This document shows positions 39,334-48,793 of a stretch of DNA of 64,000 nt, piece by piece. The translations under genes and the position numbers were made by a program. The stretch's first letter is position 1. The number at the start of each line of letters is the position of its first letter. The notes below the pieces were generated by a model. The model was not told the DNA's origin. It saw only the letters and a program-made list of their open reading frames with translations, and did not search any database. The stretch spans positions 1,441 to 65,440 of the forward strand of contig JBBIOU010000011.1 of assembly GCA_037443205.1 (NCBI GenBank), read 5' to 3'. Source of the DNA: Flavobacteriales bacterium (GTDB lineage: Bacteria; Bacteroidota; Bacteroidia; Flavobacteriales_D; UBA2798).

Positions 39334-40344
39334 ATGAAACTTTTTAATGCTATAACAAAAGCATCCTTAGTATCAGGTTTTGTGATTGTTGGAGTTAACA
39401 ACGCAAAATCGCAGGATTTTCATTTATCAATGTATGACGCTGCACCACTTTTTTTAAACCCTGCCATGACAGGTGTTTTTGAAGGTGACTGGAGAATTCA
39501 TTTGCATCATCGTACACAATGGAAAGCAGTAAATTTTAAACCCTACACTTCTTATTTAGCCAGTTTTGATATGCCTTATAATAAGTGGGGTTTTGGCATA
39601 CAGTTGCAAAACTTCAGAGCAGGCTGGGGAAATTATAATGCCTTTCAGGGATTACTCTCGGCTGCCTACACACTTTCGGTTGATGCTCAAAAATCACACA
39701 ACATTTCCTTCGGATTGCAGGCAGGTTTTGTCAATAAGTCATTAGAAGCCGGTTTACATACCTTCAATAATCAGTACGTTACTACCAATGGCGGAGGTTT
39801 TGACAGCGAACTAAACAGTAATGAAAATTTTGCGCGACAATCGGTTTTTGTTCCCGAAGTTAATTTTGGAACCATGTACTACTATGCCAAACAACAAAGT
39901 CGCTTAAATCCTTTTGTTGGTTTTTCAATGTTTAATTTATTACAACCCAAAGAAACCTTTTTTGGAGGTGATAACAAATTGCCTTTAAGAACTTATATTA
40001 ATGTTGGTACCCGAATAAACATTACTGATTTATTTTTCCTGATACCCAAAGCTTTGATTATGCATCAAAAACCCGGGCAAGAAATTAATTTTGGTTTAGA
40101 CGGAGGCTATTATCTTAAACACTCAGAAACCTACTTACTGGCAGGTACGCTTTTCAGAAATAAAGATGCATTTATGCTTTACCTGGGTGCCCGCAAAGCA
40201 AGCTACATAGCTAAAATAGGTTATGATATTAACTTTTCAACTCTTAGACCTGCCTCAAGCGGACGAGGCGCTTTTGAAATTTCGTTTACCTACATGAAAC
40301 AAAAAGCAAAACCCAGAGAAGGAAAAATTTGCCCCAGACTATAA
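39334..40344 (+). CDS. T9SS membrane protein, PorP/SprF family (second copy)
   Basis: SQDFHLSMYDAAPLFLNPAMTG...HHRTQWKAVNFKPYTS...WGFGIQLQNFRAG. Confidence 0.8.
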   Translation: MKLFNAITKASLVSGFVIVGVNNAKSQDFHLSMYDAAPLFLNPAMTGVFEGDWRIHLHHRTQWKAVNFKPYTSYLASFDMPYNKWGFGIQLQNFRAGWGNYNAFQGLLSAAYTLSVDAQKSHNISFGLQAGFVNKSLEAGLHTFNNQYVTTNGGGFDSELNSNENFARQSVFVPEVNFGTMYYYAKQQSRLNPFVGFSMFNLLQPKETFFGGDNKLPLRTYINVGTRINITDLFFLIPKALIMHQKPGQEINFGLDGGYYLKHSETYLLAGTLFRNKDAFMLYLGARKASYIAKIGYDINFSTLRPASSGRGAFEISFTYMKQKAKPREGKICPRL

Positions 40345-40380
40345 TTTAAAATTTAACTTAAAGGATTTAACAATAAAACG

Positions 40381-42495
40381 ATGAAAAAATTATTTCAACT
40401 TTTTTTGATTTTTTTAATACCACTTTCTGTTTTTTCGCAAGCCAAAACAGCATGGCTATATTTGGCAGATGAATATTATAAAAAAGCTGATTATGCCTCG
40501 GCATTGGTAAATTATCTTAAAGTGTTAGACGATTCCGTTGGTTTGTCAACCTCGGTTTTACCCTACGAGTCGGCAATGTCTAACCAAAAGCTAAACGAGA
40601 AAAAAACAATTCAAAAAAATAATAGAAAAGTTGCACTAAGAGATTATGTTAATCATCAAATAGCGATGTGCTATTTATATACAGCCGATTATAACCATGC
40701 CGTTAACCACTTTAAATTAACTTCCGAAAACAATTCCTACCCCGAGGATATATATTATTATGGTGTATCATTAATGCATGTAAAAAGGCATGAGGAAGCA
40801 ATAGCTGCCTTTGAGAAATACATTGCACTGCCCGATAATGACAAAGAACTGGTAGCAAAAGCGCAAACAGCCATGTTGGGTTGTTATTATGCCATGGATG
40901 AGAACAACCTGCGCAAAGCCGTAAGGGTTGAACTAGCCGATACCAACACTTTTAACAAAGGAACTACCTCGTTTGGCACAATGTTTTGGGGCAGCGAAGA
41001 AAAATTAATTTTTGCCAGCGCACGCAAAGGTGGTGTAATATTCGACCCCGCAAAGCAAGAATCAGAATATTTACTGGATTTATATTGGACAGAAATGAGT
41101 GAAGACAGTGTATGGAGCAGAGCATGGAATTTTGGTAGGCCCGTTAATACTTCTTTGCACGAAGCAACTGCTTGTTTCAATAATAAAAATACCATGTTCT
41201 TTACACGCTGGAGCGACCAGAAAAGAAACGAGCAAAATATATACATTGCCCGTATGCTAAACATGAAGTTTTTTGAAGCATATAAGCTCGATACCAATGT
41301 AAATTGTGATGGCTGTAAAAGCATCAATCCTTTTGTTTCGTTAGATGGCAGAACACTTTATTTTTCGAGCAACCGAAAAGGAGGATACGGAGGCATGGAT
41401 TTATGGAAAATTGATCTTGACTCGAACGGAAATACCGTAGGTAAAGCCGTAAACCTCGGGCCACAAATCAATACCCCTAATGATGAGGTGGCGCCTTTTT
41501 TCCATGAAACAACCGGCACACTTTTTTTTAGTTCTAATGGCCATAATTCCATTGGTGGCTTTGATATTTTTAAAAACACATACAACCGCAACGACAGTAC
41601 ATTTGGTCTTACCATCAATATGGGAATGCCTATCAATTCGGGTAAAGATGATAACTACATTATTTGGGACAAATATTTGCGTCATGGATATTTATCCAGC
41701 GACAGAGAAGATTGCCCCAGCGGACATTGCTATAAAATATACGAAGTATTTAATGAACCGATTAAAATATTCCTTTCGGGAACCGTATATGATGCAACCA
41801 GCGATGACGAAGATCCTGTGCCGGGCGCATTGCTCTCGTTTAAAGATGTGAAGTTTGTGATGGACCCTTTCCAGATAGAAGCAGATGAAAATGGTTATTA
41901 CGAAACAGAACTTTCTCAAAATATTGAACTGTTTATCAAAGCCCGTAAAACAGGATACTTTGCTGATGCAGCCTCAATAAATACCAGCAGCATCACCCAA
42001 ACCACCTATTTACAACAAGATTTTTTTCTTAAAAAAATACCTAAAGACGAAATTGAAATTCCCGGTATAGAGTATGATTTTGACTCGGATAAGCTACGCC
42101 CCGTTTCATTTGAAGTGCTTGACAAAATTTATGAATTATTGATGTTAAACGATAATTTGATTGTAGAAATAAACTCGCATACCGATTGCAGAGGCAGTGA
42201 TAAATACAATATGGATTTGTCTCAACGAAGAGCCCAATCATGCGTAAATTACCTGGTTTCTAAGGGTGTTCCCAAAGAACGCCTCAAAGCAAAAGGTTTT
42301 GGAGAATCGCAACCGGCATATTGGCTTGATGATAATAAAAATCCACGTTTAGACGAAAGCGGCAATAGAATACAACTAACCGAAAAAGTAATCAACTCTT
42401 TTTCGAGCAAAGACGAACAGGAAAAATTACACCAAAAGAACAGACGTACAGCTTTTAAAGTTACAGGCGAAGGATTTAATTTGCAGAGTAATTAG
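40381..42495 (+). CDS. OmpA-family peptidoglycan-binding protein with TPR and PD40 (TolB-like) repeats
   Basis: It has N-terminal TPR-like units and PD40 repeats (DGRTLYFSSNRKGGYGGMDLW, TGTLFFSSNGHNSIGGFDIF). The C-terminus is OmpA_C (IEYDFDSDKLRP...INSHTDCRGSDKYNMDLSQRRAQS...GFGESQP). Confidence 0.85.
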   Translation: MKKLFQLFLIFLIPLSVFSQAKTAWLYLADEYYKKADYASALVNYLKVLDDSVGLSTSVLPYESAMSNQKLNEKKTIQKNNRKVALRDYVNHQIAMCYLYTADYNHAVNHFKLTSENNSYPEDIYYYGVSLMHVKRHEEAIAAFEKYIALPDNDKELVAKAQTAMLGCYYAMDENNLRKAVRVELADTNTFNKGTTSFGTMFWGSEEKLIFASARKGGVIFDPAKQESEYLLDLYWTEMSEDSVWSRAWNFGRPVNTSLHEATACFNNKNTMFFTRWSDQKRNEQNIYIARMLNMKFFEAYKLDTNVNCDGCKSINPFVSLDGRTLYFSSNRKGGYGGMDLWKIDLDSNGNTVGKAVNLGPQINTPNDEVAPFFHETTGTLFFSSNGHNSIGGFDIFKNTYNRNDSTFGLTINMGMPINSGKDDNYIIWDKYLRHGYLSSDREDCPSGHCYKIYEVFNEPIKIFLSGTVYDATSDDEDPVPGALLSFKDVKFVMDPFQIEADENGYYETELSQNIELFIKARKTGYFADAASINTSSITQTTYLQQDFFLKKIPKDEIEIPGIEYDFDSDKLRPVSFEVLDKIYELLMLNDNLIVEINSHTDCRGSDKYNMDLSQRRAQSCVNYLVSKGVPKERLKAKGFGESQPAYWLDDNKNPRLDESGNRIQLTEKVINSFSSKDEQEKLHQKNRRTAFKVTGEGFNLQSN

Positions 42496-42533
42496 TTAAA
42501 CCTTTGTCAACGCTTTTTCCTTAGCGATTATTG

Positions 42534-43577
42534 ATGAGTTTGCAGTTTATAACCGATAAAGAAATTCTTGCGCACGTTTCTAAAAGACCTGGCGAAACTA
42601 AAATTGGCGAGTGTATCAGTTTCAGTAAAAATCACGAAGAATTTAATAAATTATTAAACGATAATACTTTCAAATATGTACTGCTGGGTATACCCGAAGA
42701 TATTGGCGTATTAGCTAATTATGGCAGACCGGGAGCCTCGGAAGCCTGGCAATTTTTTTTAAGTAAATTTCTCAACATACAATCCAATAAATTTTTTGAC
42801 GGCCATCAACTTTTTATAGCCGGTGAAATATTTACAAATGATTTGATGCAGTTAAAAAACAATTTTTTGAATGACAAAAGCCGTCTTTCTAAAATTGTCG
42901 AGGAATTAGATAATAGAGTAGAAGCTGTAATATTTAAAATCTGCGAAGCAAACAAAATACCCGTGATAATCGGAGGCGGACATAACAATGCTTACCCGAT
43001 TATAAAAGCTGTTAGCAAAAGCTTAAAACAAAAAATATCAGTAGCAAATATTGATCCCCATGCCGACTTGCGTAATACCCAAGCTAGACATAGTGGAAAT
43101 GCATTTTCTTTTGCCTATCAGGAAGGATACATTAATAAATACATCGTGTTTGGTTTACACGAAGGCTACAACAATACCCATATTTTAGAACAGTTTGATA
43201 ACAAAACCCGCAAATACATAACGTATGAAAATTGCTTGCAGAGTGTAGTGCATATACGTTATCAGGCAAACGAAATAAACGCTTTTCTGCAAGATGAAAA
43301 TATTTGTTTTGAATTTGATTGCGATTCGATTGCGGGTTTTCCTGCCAGTGCCGAAACTTTAAGCGGTTTTACACCCAACGAAGCCAGAAGTATTATTATG
43401 ACTATGGCTGCCAATACTAAAATACGCTCATTTCATCTGTCTGAATTTGCTCCGAATATTAATCCACAAATTGCAGAAAGCGCAGCTAAATTATTGGCTA
43501 ACATGGTTGCCGACTTTATTAAAATAAACAGTAATTACCATAATCAAATACAAAAAGAATTATTCGATTTAAATTAA
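42534..43577 (+). CDS. Arginase/ureohydrolase-family protein (formimidoylglutamase-like)
   Basis: The metal-ligand motifs IGGGHNNAY, DPHADLR and FDCDSI are present. I prefer the ATG at 42534 over the TTG at 42531. Confidence 0.7.
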   Translation: MSLQFITDKEILAHVSKRPGETKIGECISFSKNHEEFNKLLNDNTFKYVLLGIPEDIGVLANYGRPGASEAWQFFLSKFLNIQSNKFFDGHQLFIAGEIFTNDLMQLKNNFLNDKSRLSKIVEELDNRVEAVIFKICEANKIPVIIGGGHNNAYPIIKAVSKSLKQKISVANIDPHADLRNTQARHSGNAFSFAYQEGYINKYIVFGLHEGYNNTHILEQFDNKTRKYITYENCLQSVVHIRYQANEINAFLQDENICFEFDCDSIAGFPASAETLSGFTPNEARSIIMTMAANTKIRSFHLSEFAPNINPQIAESAAKLLANMVADFIKINSNYHNQIQKELFDLN

Positions 43578-43743
43578 CCGGTGGATTTGTAAATACAACC
43601 TATGTTTTCTTACAATAAATTTTTATGATAATTTATAAGTCATTTTACTCCGTATTACACATTAGAAAATACATAATGCGGGTTAAAGGACAAGTAAGTA
43701 TTTTTAGGTGATGTGAAAATCTGGAAAACAAGCAAAATAATCC

Positions 43744-43878
43744 CAAATTTAGCATTAGAAATTTGAAATAAATCCAAATTTTCCGCCAGAGGCGGACTGA
43801 GTGTGTTGAGTGTCGTGTGGGATTTGGGTTATCCGCCATTAGGCAAACATTACGCATGCTAATGCGTAATGTGGGATA
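43744..43878 (-). repeat. Dispersed intergenic repeat, copy B (135 nt), inverted relative to copy A
   Basis: See copy A. It contains the hairpin cattacgcat-gcta-atgcgtaatg (43848-43871) and ccgcc-aga-ggcgg. Confidence 0.85.
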
Positions 43879-44067
43879 ATTGTAAACTTGTATGTAAAAA
43901 ATATTAGCGAAAAGTATACTTATTTAGCAAAAAATGGGGAGCTTACATAAAAACAGAAGGATTTGGAAATTTGACTGAGCAAAACGGAAAGTTCATTTTT
44001 TTTAAAAACAAAAAGAATATCAGTTTTTCAAAAGGTATTATATTTACGCCAATTGATTGTATTGAGC

Positions 44068-44742
44068 ATGACAAACAGTTTAAAGTTATTAACTAAAAGC
44101 AACCTGTTGAAAAAATATTTAGCCATTTTGATAGCCGTTTTAGCCTTATTCGCGGTAATTGTTCAATATCAATTGATGATTAACAACAGAGTAGCCGGCA
44201 TTACAGAAACCACCATAAGGTTTTTTAGCTTCTTTACTATTTTAACCAATTCGTTAACTGCCGTTTATTTTGTTCGTCTTTCATACAAAATCTTATGTAG
44301 TAAGCAAATAATAAATGTAAATTTTACAATGCTAACCGCAATCACAGTTTACATTACTATTGTAGGGTTAGTGTATCAAATTCTATTACGGCACATCTGG
44401 AGTCCTGTCGGTCTTCAAAAAATAGTGGATGAACTATTACATACAATAAATCCTACTTTAGTGATTTGCTTTTGGTTTTTCAGTAGAACAGGAATGCTGC
44501 TCGATTATAGAAAAATTCCGATGTGGCTATTATATCCATCCATTTATCTTTTTTACATACTGACTCGTGGTTATTTCTCCAACTTTTACCCCTACCCATT
44601 TATAGATGTGTCAAAAATTGGTTTTACACAGGTTATGATAAATAGCCTTGGAATGATGCTTTTGTTTATAATCGTTTCAATTATTTTTATTTGGTTAAAC
44701 AATAATATCAGTAGTTCGACAAACAAGAACATCAGCCGCTAA
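44068..44742 (+). CDS. Polytopic membrane protein (about 6 TM), possibly Pr6Pr family
   Basis: It is hydrophobic throughout. FFSFFTILTNSL resembles the F-T-x-x-S-N motif I associate with Pr6Pr proteins, so the family call is weak. I prefer the ATG at 44068 over the TTG at 44053. Confidence 0.45.
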   Translation: MTNSLKLLTKSNLLKKYLAILIAVLALFAVIVQYQLMINNRVAGITETTIRFFSFFTILTNSLTAVYFVRLSYKILCSKQIINVNFTMLTAITVYITIVGLVYQILLRHIWSPVGLQKIVDELLHTINPTLVICFWFFSRTGMLLDYRKIPMWLLYPSIYLFYILTRGYFSNFYPYPFIDVSKIGFTQVMINSLGMMLLFIIVSIIFIWLNNNISSSTNKNISR

Positions 44743-44868
44743 AGGGGGGTAACCGTTCCACCAAAGACAGACAAGTGCACAACTAACTTTAAAAATTAAA
44801 ACATCAAAAAAACGACCCCATTAGAAGCGTTTTTAACCCGCACAAGTATTTATATGTGTAGTATTCGA

Positions 44869-44938
44869 CTGATGGCGAACAACCTAAATGCTCCCGCATA
44901 TTGACACTGTATCATGTTTGGCGGATGGAAAATTTGAG
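44869..44938 (+). repeat. Dispersed intergenic repeat, partial copy C
   Basis: ctgatggcgaacaacctaaatgc...ggcggatggaaaatttgag parallels ctgatggcggataacctaaatcc...ggcggaaaatttggat of copy A. Confidence 0.55.
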
Positions 44939-45751
44939 TCAATTTTTTTTACTGTTTATAGCCTTTCTTACACTACCGAATTTTTTAAGTAATTCATTGG
45001 CTTCATCATAACCAATATTTAGTTCTTGCATGACCATTTTAGTACCCCGATCTATAAGTTTTTCATTGCTTAGCTGCATATCAACCATACGATTACCTTT
45101 AACTCTTCCTAACTTTATCATTACCGAAGTGCTAATCATATTTAACACTAATTTTTGTGCAGTACCTGCCTTCATGCGTGTGCTGCCGGTAACAAATTCG
45201 GGCCCGGTAATTACTTCAACAGGAAAATCGCTGATTTTTGCCACAGGGCTACCTGCATTGCAGGTAATACACCCGGTAAGGATATTGTTTTCTCTGCATT
45301 TTTTTAATCCACCTACAACATAAGGTGTAGTGCCCGATGCAGCAATTCCTATAACGATATCATCCCGGCCTATGGCATGCTCTTCTAAATCTTTCCATGC
45401 TTGTGTTTCGCTGTCTTCAGCAAATTCTACAGCTTTTCTGATAGCACCATCTCCTCCGGCTATCAAGCCAATAACCAAACCATGCGGTACTCCATATGTA
45501 GGCGGGCACTCAGATGCGTCAACAATACCTAAGCGTCCGCTTGTACCCGCTCCTATGTAAAACAATCTTCCTCCGTTTTTTAATTTGATATAAACCGCTT
45601 CGGTTAGTTTTTCTATCTGGGGAATGGATTTTTTTACGGACATGGCTACAGTATTATCTTCTTTGTTTATGTTAACCAATAATTCATGTATAGACATTTT
45701 ATCTAAGTCGTGGTAATTTGACTCTTTTTCGGTAGTTCGCTCAAACGACAT
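44939..45751 (-). CDS. murQ: N-acetylmuramic acid 6-phosphate etherase
   Basis: 270 aa SIS-domain protein (GAGTSGRLG, TPYV, GSTRMKAGTAQK). Confidence 0.9.
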   Translation of the reverse strand: MSFERTTEKESNYHDLDKMSIHELLVNINKEDNTVAMSVKKSIPQIEKLTEAVYIKLKNGGRLFYIGAGTSGRLGIVDASECPPTYGVPHGLVIGLIAGGDGAIRKAVEFAEDSETQAWKDLEEHAIGRDDIVIGIAASGTTPYVVGGLKKCRENNILTGCITCNAGSPVAKISDFPVEVITGPEFVTGSTRMKAGTAQKLVLNMISTSVMIKLGRVKGNRMVDMQLSNEKLIDRGTKMVMQELNIGYDEANELLKKFGSVRKAINSKKN

Positions 45752-45805
45752 ATATTTATGTATTATTTATAGCTAATTTATATATTATTGTGTTTGATTT
45801 TATGT

Positions 45806-46465
45806 ATGGAGTTAAAAATACTTTTTGAAGATAAGTATTTGCTTGCGGTAGATAAACCATCGGGTATCAACAGTGATGGTGTATATGGAGTGCAGCAACT
45901 GGTAAGAAATTACCTGAATACCGTGCCTTATGGTAATAAGTTAATTGCAGGTATGCCCCATCGGTTAGATAAACCCGTTAGCGGTGTGTTGTTATTTGCT
46001 AAGAAAAGGCAAACATTAAAAGAACTTAATAAGCAATTTGCTGATAGAACCGTTCAAAAAACTTACAGGGCCATAGTAGAAGGTATTTTGCAGCTAAAGC
46101 AAAATAAACTTAATCATTTTTTACGAATAGATAAAGAAAATAAAAAAGCGATTATCAAAAATCATTATACTAATAATTATTACCCTGTAGAACTCAGCTA
46201 CCGGGTATTGACGGAATGCGACAATACAAGTTTAATTGAAGTAGAATTGCATACCGGTAAATTTCATCAAATCAGAGCGCAGTTGTCGTACATTGGTCAT
46301 CCTGTTATTGGGGATATTAAGTATGGAGCTAAAATTAATTATATAAACGATAGTTCTATAGCATTACATGCTTGTAAACTTGCTTTTATGCATCCTGTAA
46401 ATAATATGGCGATCGAGATCACAAGTCAAAATAAAAATTTTAATCAATTACACAGCATTGTTTAA
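45806..46465 (+). CDS. RluA-family pseudouridine synthase
   Basis: HRLDKPVSGVLLFAK and HQIRAQL are present. I prefer the ATG at 45806 over the TTG at 45788. Confidence 0.85.
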   Translation: MELKILFEDKYLLAVDKPSGINSDGVYGVQQLVRNYLNTVPYGNKLIAGMPHRLDKPVSGVLLFAKKRQTLKELNKQFADRTVQKTYRAIVEGILQLKQNKLNHFLRIDKENKKAIIKNHYTNNYYPVELSYRVLTECDNTSLIEVELHTGKFHQIRAQLSYIGHPVIGDIKYGAKINYINDSSIALHACKLAFMHPVNNMAIEITSQNKNFNQLHSIV

Positions 46466-46475
46466 ATCATAAAAG

Positions 46476-48014
46476 CTATGATATTTTTTCAGCACAATTA
46501 ACTCCGTCTATAGCTGCTGAAATTATACCTCCGGCATAACCGGCTCCTTCTCCGCAAGGATACAAACCCTCTAATTGTAAATGTTGTAGAGTATCTTTAT
46601 GGCGTGGTATTCTTATCGGAGAAGAAGTTCTGGATTCTACTGCTACCAGCATAGCTTCGTTTGTATAATATCCTTTCATTTTCTTTCCAAATGCTGTAAA
46701 GGCTTTGCTAAGACGTAAACAAATTCCTGTAGGTAAAATATCGTGCAGATTTACACCGGCACCCCCGGGCTGATAAGAACAAGGCAACAGTGAGTTACTT
46801 GTTTTTTTTAGGGTAAAATCTACCATGCGTTGTGCCGGTGCTGTTTGCGTTTTACCTCCTGCAATCCAGCAATTTTTTTCAACTTCTTCCTGAAACTTTA
46901 AATACTTTAATACACCATATTTATTAAATGCTTTTAAATCTTCGTGGGTTATGGTAGTTACAATACCCGAATTGGCAAACGGATTATTGCGTTTTGAAGG
47001 TGACCATCCGTTGGTTACAATTTCTTGCTGCGAGGTAGCACATGGAGCAATTATTCCGCCCGGACACATACAAAAAGAGTACACCCCTGAATTATTAATC
47101 TGTTCAACCAGGCTATATGAGGCAGGTGGTAAATATTTATTTCGTTGGGCACATTTATACTGAATACTGTCTATAAGTGTTTGCGGATGTTCTGCTCTAA
47201 CGCCAATGGCAATGGGTTTTTCTTCGAGCAATATGTTTTTTCGATAAAATAAATAAAAAATATCGCGGGCAGAATGTCCGGTTGCTAATATAAGTTCTTT
47301 GCAATTATGCTTTTCGGTATGATTAATTTCAATACCATTAATTTTTTGTGAGTCAAAAAAAATATCGGTTAGTTTAGCATTAAAATGTATTTCTCCGCCA
47401 CATTGTAAGATGGTGTTTCTGATGTTGGTAATTACTGCGGGAAGTTTGTTGGTTCCTATATGCGGATGTGCCTCATAAAGAATTTCTTTACCGGCTCCGT
47501 GTAATACCAGCCATTGTAAGATTTTTTTTACATCTCCTCTTTTGGTAGAGCGGGTATAAAGTTTTCCGTCAGAGTAAGTGCCTGCACCACCTTCGCCAAA
47601 GCAATAATTTGATTCAGGATTAACCAAATGATGTTTGGTATGTGCGGCAATATCCCTTCTTCTTGCGCGTACATCTTTGCCTCTTTCAAAAATAATTGGC
47701 TTAATTCCCTTTTCAATTAATCGCAATGCAGCAAATAATCCGGCCGGTCCTGCCCCTATAATCATCACCGGTTTAGCATGGCTTACATTGGTAAAGTTAT
47801 ATTGTGGTTGTTCCGCGGGGATTTCTTCATTAACCGCAATTAACATTTTTATCAGATATTGCGGCTGTTTTGCTCTTGCATCAAGCGATTTTTTTATTAT
47901 TCTATAATAAACCGTGTCATGATTGTTTAGGCCGATTTGTTTTTTAATCTTATGTAGTAAAGTTTGTTCATCATAAAATTCATGAGGCAATAATTTTAAC
48001 TGAATTTCTTTCAT
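46476..48014 (-). CDS. NAD(P)/FAD-dependent oxidoreductase (COG2509-like)
   Basis: 512 aa. The dinucleotide fold IIGAGPAGLFAA is present, with GEGAGYAGGI near the C-terminus. Confidence 0.75.
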   Translation of the reverse strand: MKEIQLKLLPHEFYDEQTLLHKIKKQIGLNNHDTVYYRIIKKSLDARAKQPQYLIKMLIAVNEEIPAEQPQYNFTNVSHAKPVMIIGAGPAGLFAALRLIEKGIKPIIFERGKDVRARRRDIAAHTKHHLVNPESNYCFGEGGAGTYSDGKLYTRSTKRGDVKKILQWLVLHGAGKEILYEAHPHIGTNKLPAVITNIRNTILQCGGEIHFNAKLTDIFFDSQKINGIEINHTEKHNCKELILATGHSARDIFYLFYRKNILLEEKPIAIGVRAEHPQTLIDSIQYKCAQRNKYLPPASYSLVEQINNSGVYSFCMCPGGIIAPCATSQQEIVTNGWSPSKRNNPFANSGIVTTITHEDLKAFNKYGVLKYLKFQEEVEKNCWIAGGKTQTAPAQRMVDFTLKKTSNSLLPCSYQPGGAGVNLHDILPTGICLRLSKAFTAFGKKMKGYYTNEAMLVAVESRTSSPIRIPRHKDTLQHLQLEGLYPCGEGAGYAGGIISAAIDGVNCAEKIS

Positions 48015-48730
48015 TAACCTTCAAAAGTTAAGGTAAGAACCCATACTCTGGTTTTTAGCATTTCTATGGGCGAACTGTATTTTTTGTATTCCTGAATCAG
48101 AGAGTTTTTTATGCCATTATATAGTTTAAGCTCAACACCCAGTTTAAAATATAACAAGAAAAAATCTAAGCCGCCTCCAATTTGATATTGATGGTCAAAG
48201 CGATTAATTTTTACAATATCGTTGGCATCAACATCTTTTTGGTTTTGCATATCAATACCAAAATTGTAACCTCCAATTATGTATGCAGCAAAGTTGTTTA
48301 CACGGTCGGTTCGTAATTTTAGGTTTAAAGGAAAATTTAAAAATACAGAGCGTACGCCTATTAATTTTTGCTTTACCTTATTGTTTACAATTTCAGAAAA
48401 ATATAAATCTCTGTCTTGAAACGATAATTCGGGTAAAAATCTAAGTGATATATTTTTACTTAGATTGAGCGATGAAATAATTCCCAGATTAAAACCCGGT
48501 CTGCGTTTTACGGATAAACCTAAGATAGAATCCGGACTAAAAGGATAGTTGGTACGCATATTCATTTGAAAGTCGGCACTGTTGAATGCTAATAAAAAAC
48601 CAAAGTGATAAGGCTTTTCGTCAAAATGGGGCAATTTGCCTACTTTTTCTTTTTGTGCAAACAAGCCGGTATGAGTAAAACCAATTAAAAGAAAACAGGT
48701 GAAAAAATTACATATCTTGATTTTTCTCAT
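48014..48730 (-). CDS. Outer-membrane beta-barrel protein, PorT/SprT-like
   Basis: 238 aa from the ATG at 48730. It has a signal peptide (LFAQ) and alternating beta-strand pattern, with HFGFLLAFNSADF near the N-terminus. Its position immediately downstream of ubiE is where I recall porT/sprT sitting. Its stop overlaps the next gene's start (TAATG). Confidence 0.5.
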   Translation of the reverse strand: MRKIKICNFFTCFLLIGFTHTGLFAQKEKVGKLPHFDEKPYHFGFLLAFNSADFQMNMRTNYPFSPDSILGLSVKRRPGFNLGIISSLNLSKNISLRFLPELSFQDRDLYFSEIVNNKVKQKLIGVRSVFLNFPLNLKLRTDRVNNFAAYIIGGYNFGIDMQNQKDVDANDIVKINRFDHQYQIGGGLDFFLLYFKLGVELKLYNGIKNSLIQEYKKYSSPIEMLKTRVWVLTLTFEG

Positions 48731-48793
48731 TACTATCGGCAAATTTATAAATAAAGTTTGTACTCCCATTTCCTAAACGCAAAATACATACAA

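Noticed and set aside
43645-43857. A short ORF inside repeat copy B (MRNVCLMADNPNP...HSVRLWRKIWIYFKFL...) is also preserved in frame in copy A (MRNARLMADNLNPSPLPKHSVRLWRKIWIYFKFLILNLCL)
   Set aside because: The frame is kept only because A and B have no indels. Partial copy C hits a stop after LMANNLNAPAY, and the copy at about 21440 has an indel. The start codon lies inside a perfect hairpin and there is no promoter-like spacing. A structured DNA or RNA element explains this more simply than a peptide gene, although ribosome profiling could revisit it.
21501-43878. Inverted repeats as the ends of a composite transposon or genomic island
   Set aside because: There is no transposase, integrase or recombinase inside. 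The interior is dominated by essential housekeeping genes, and further copies of the repeat occur elsewhere in the window.
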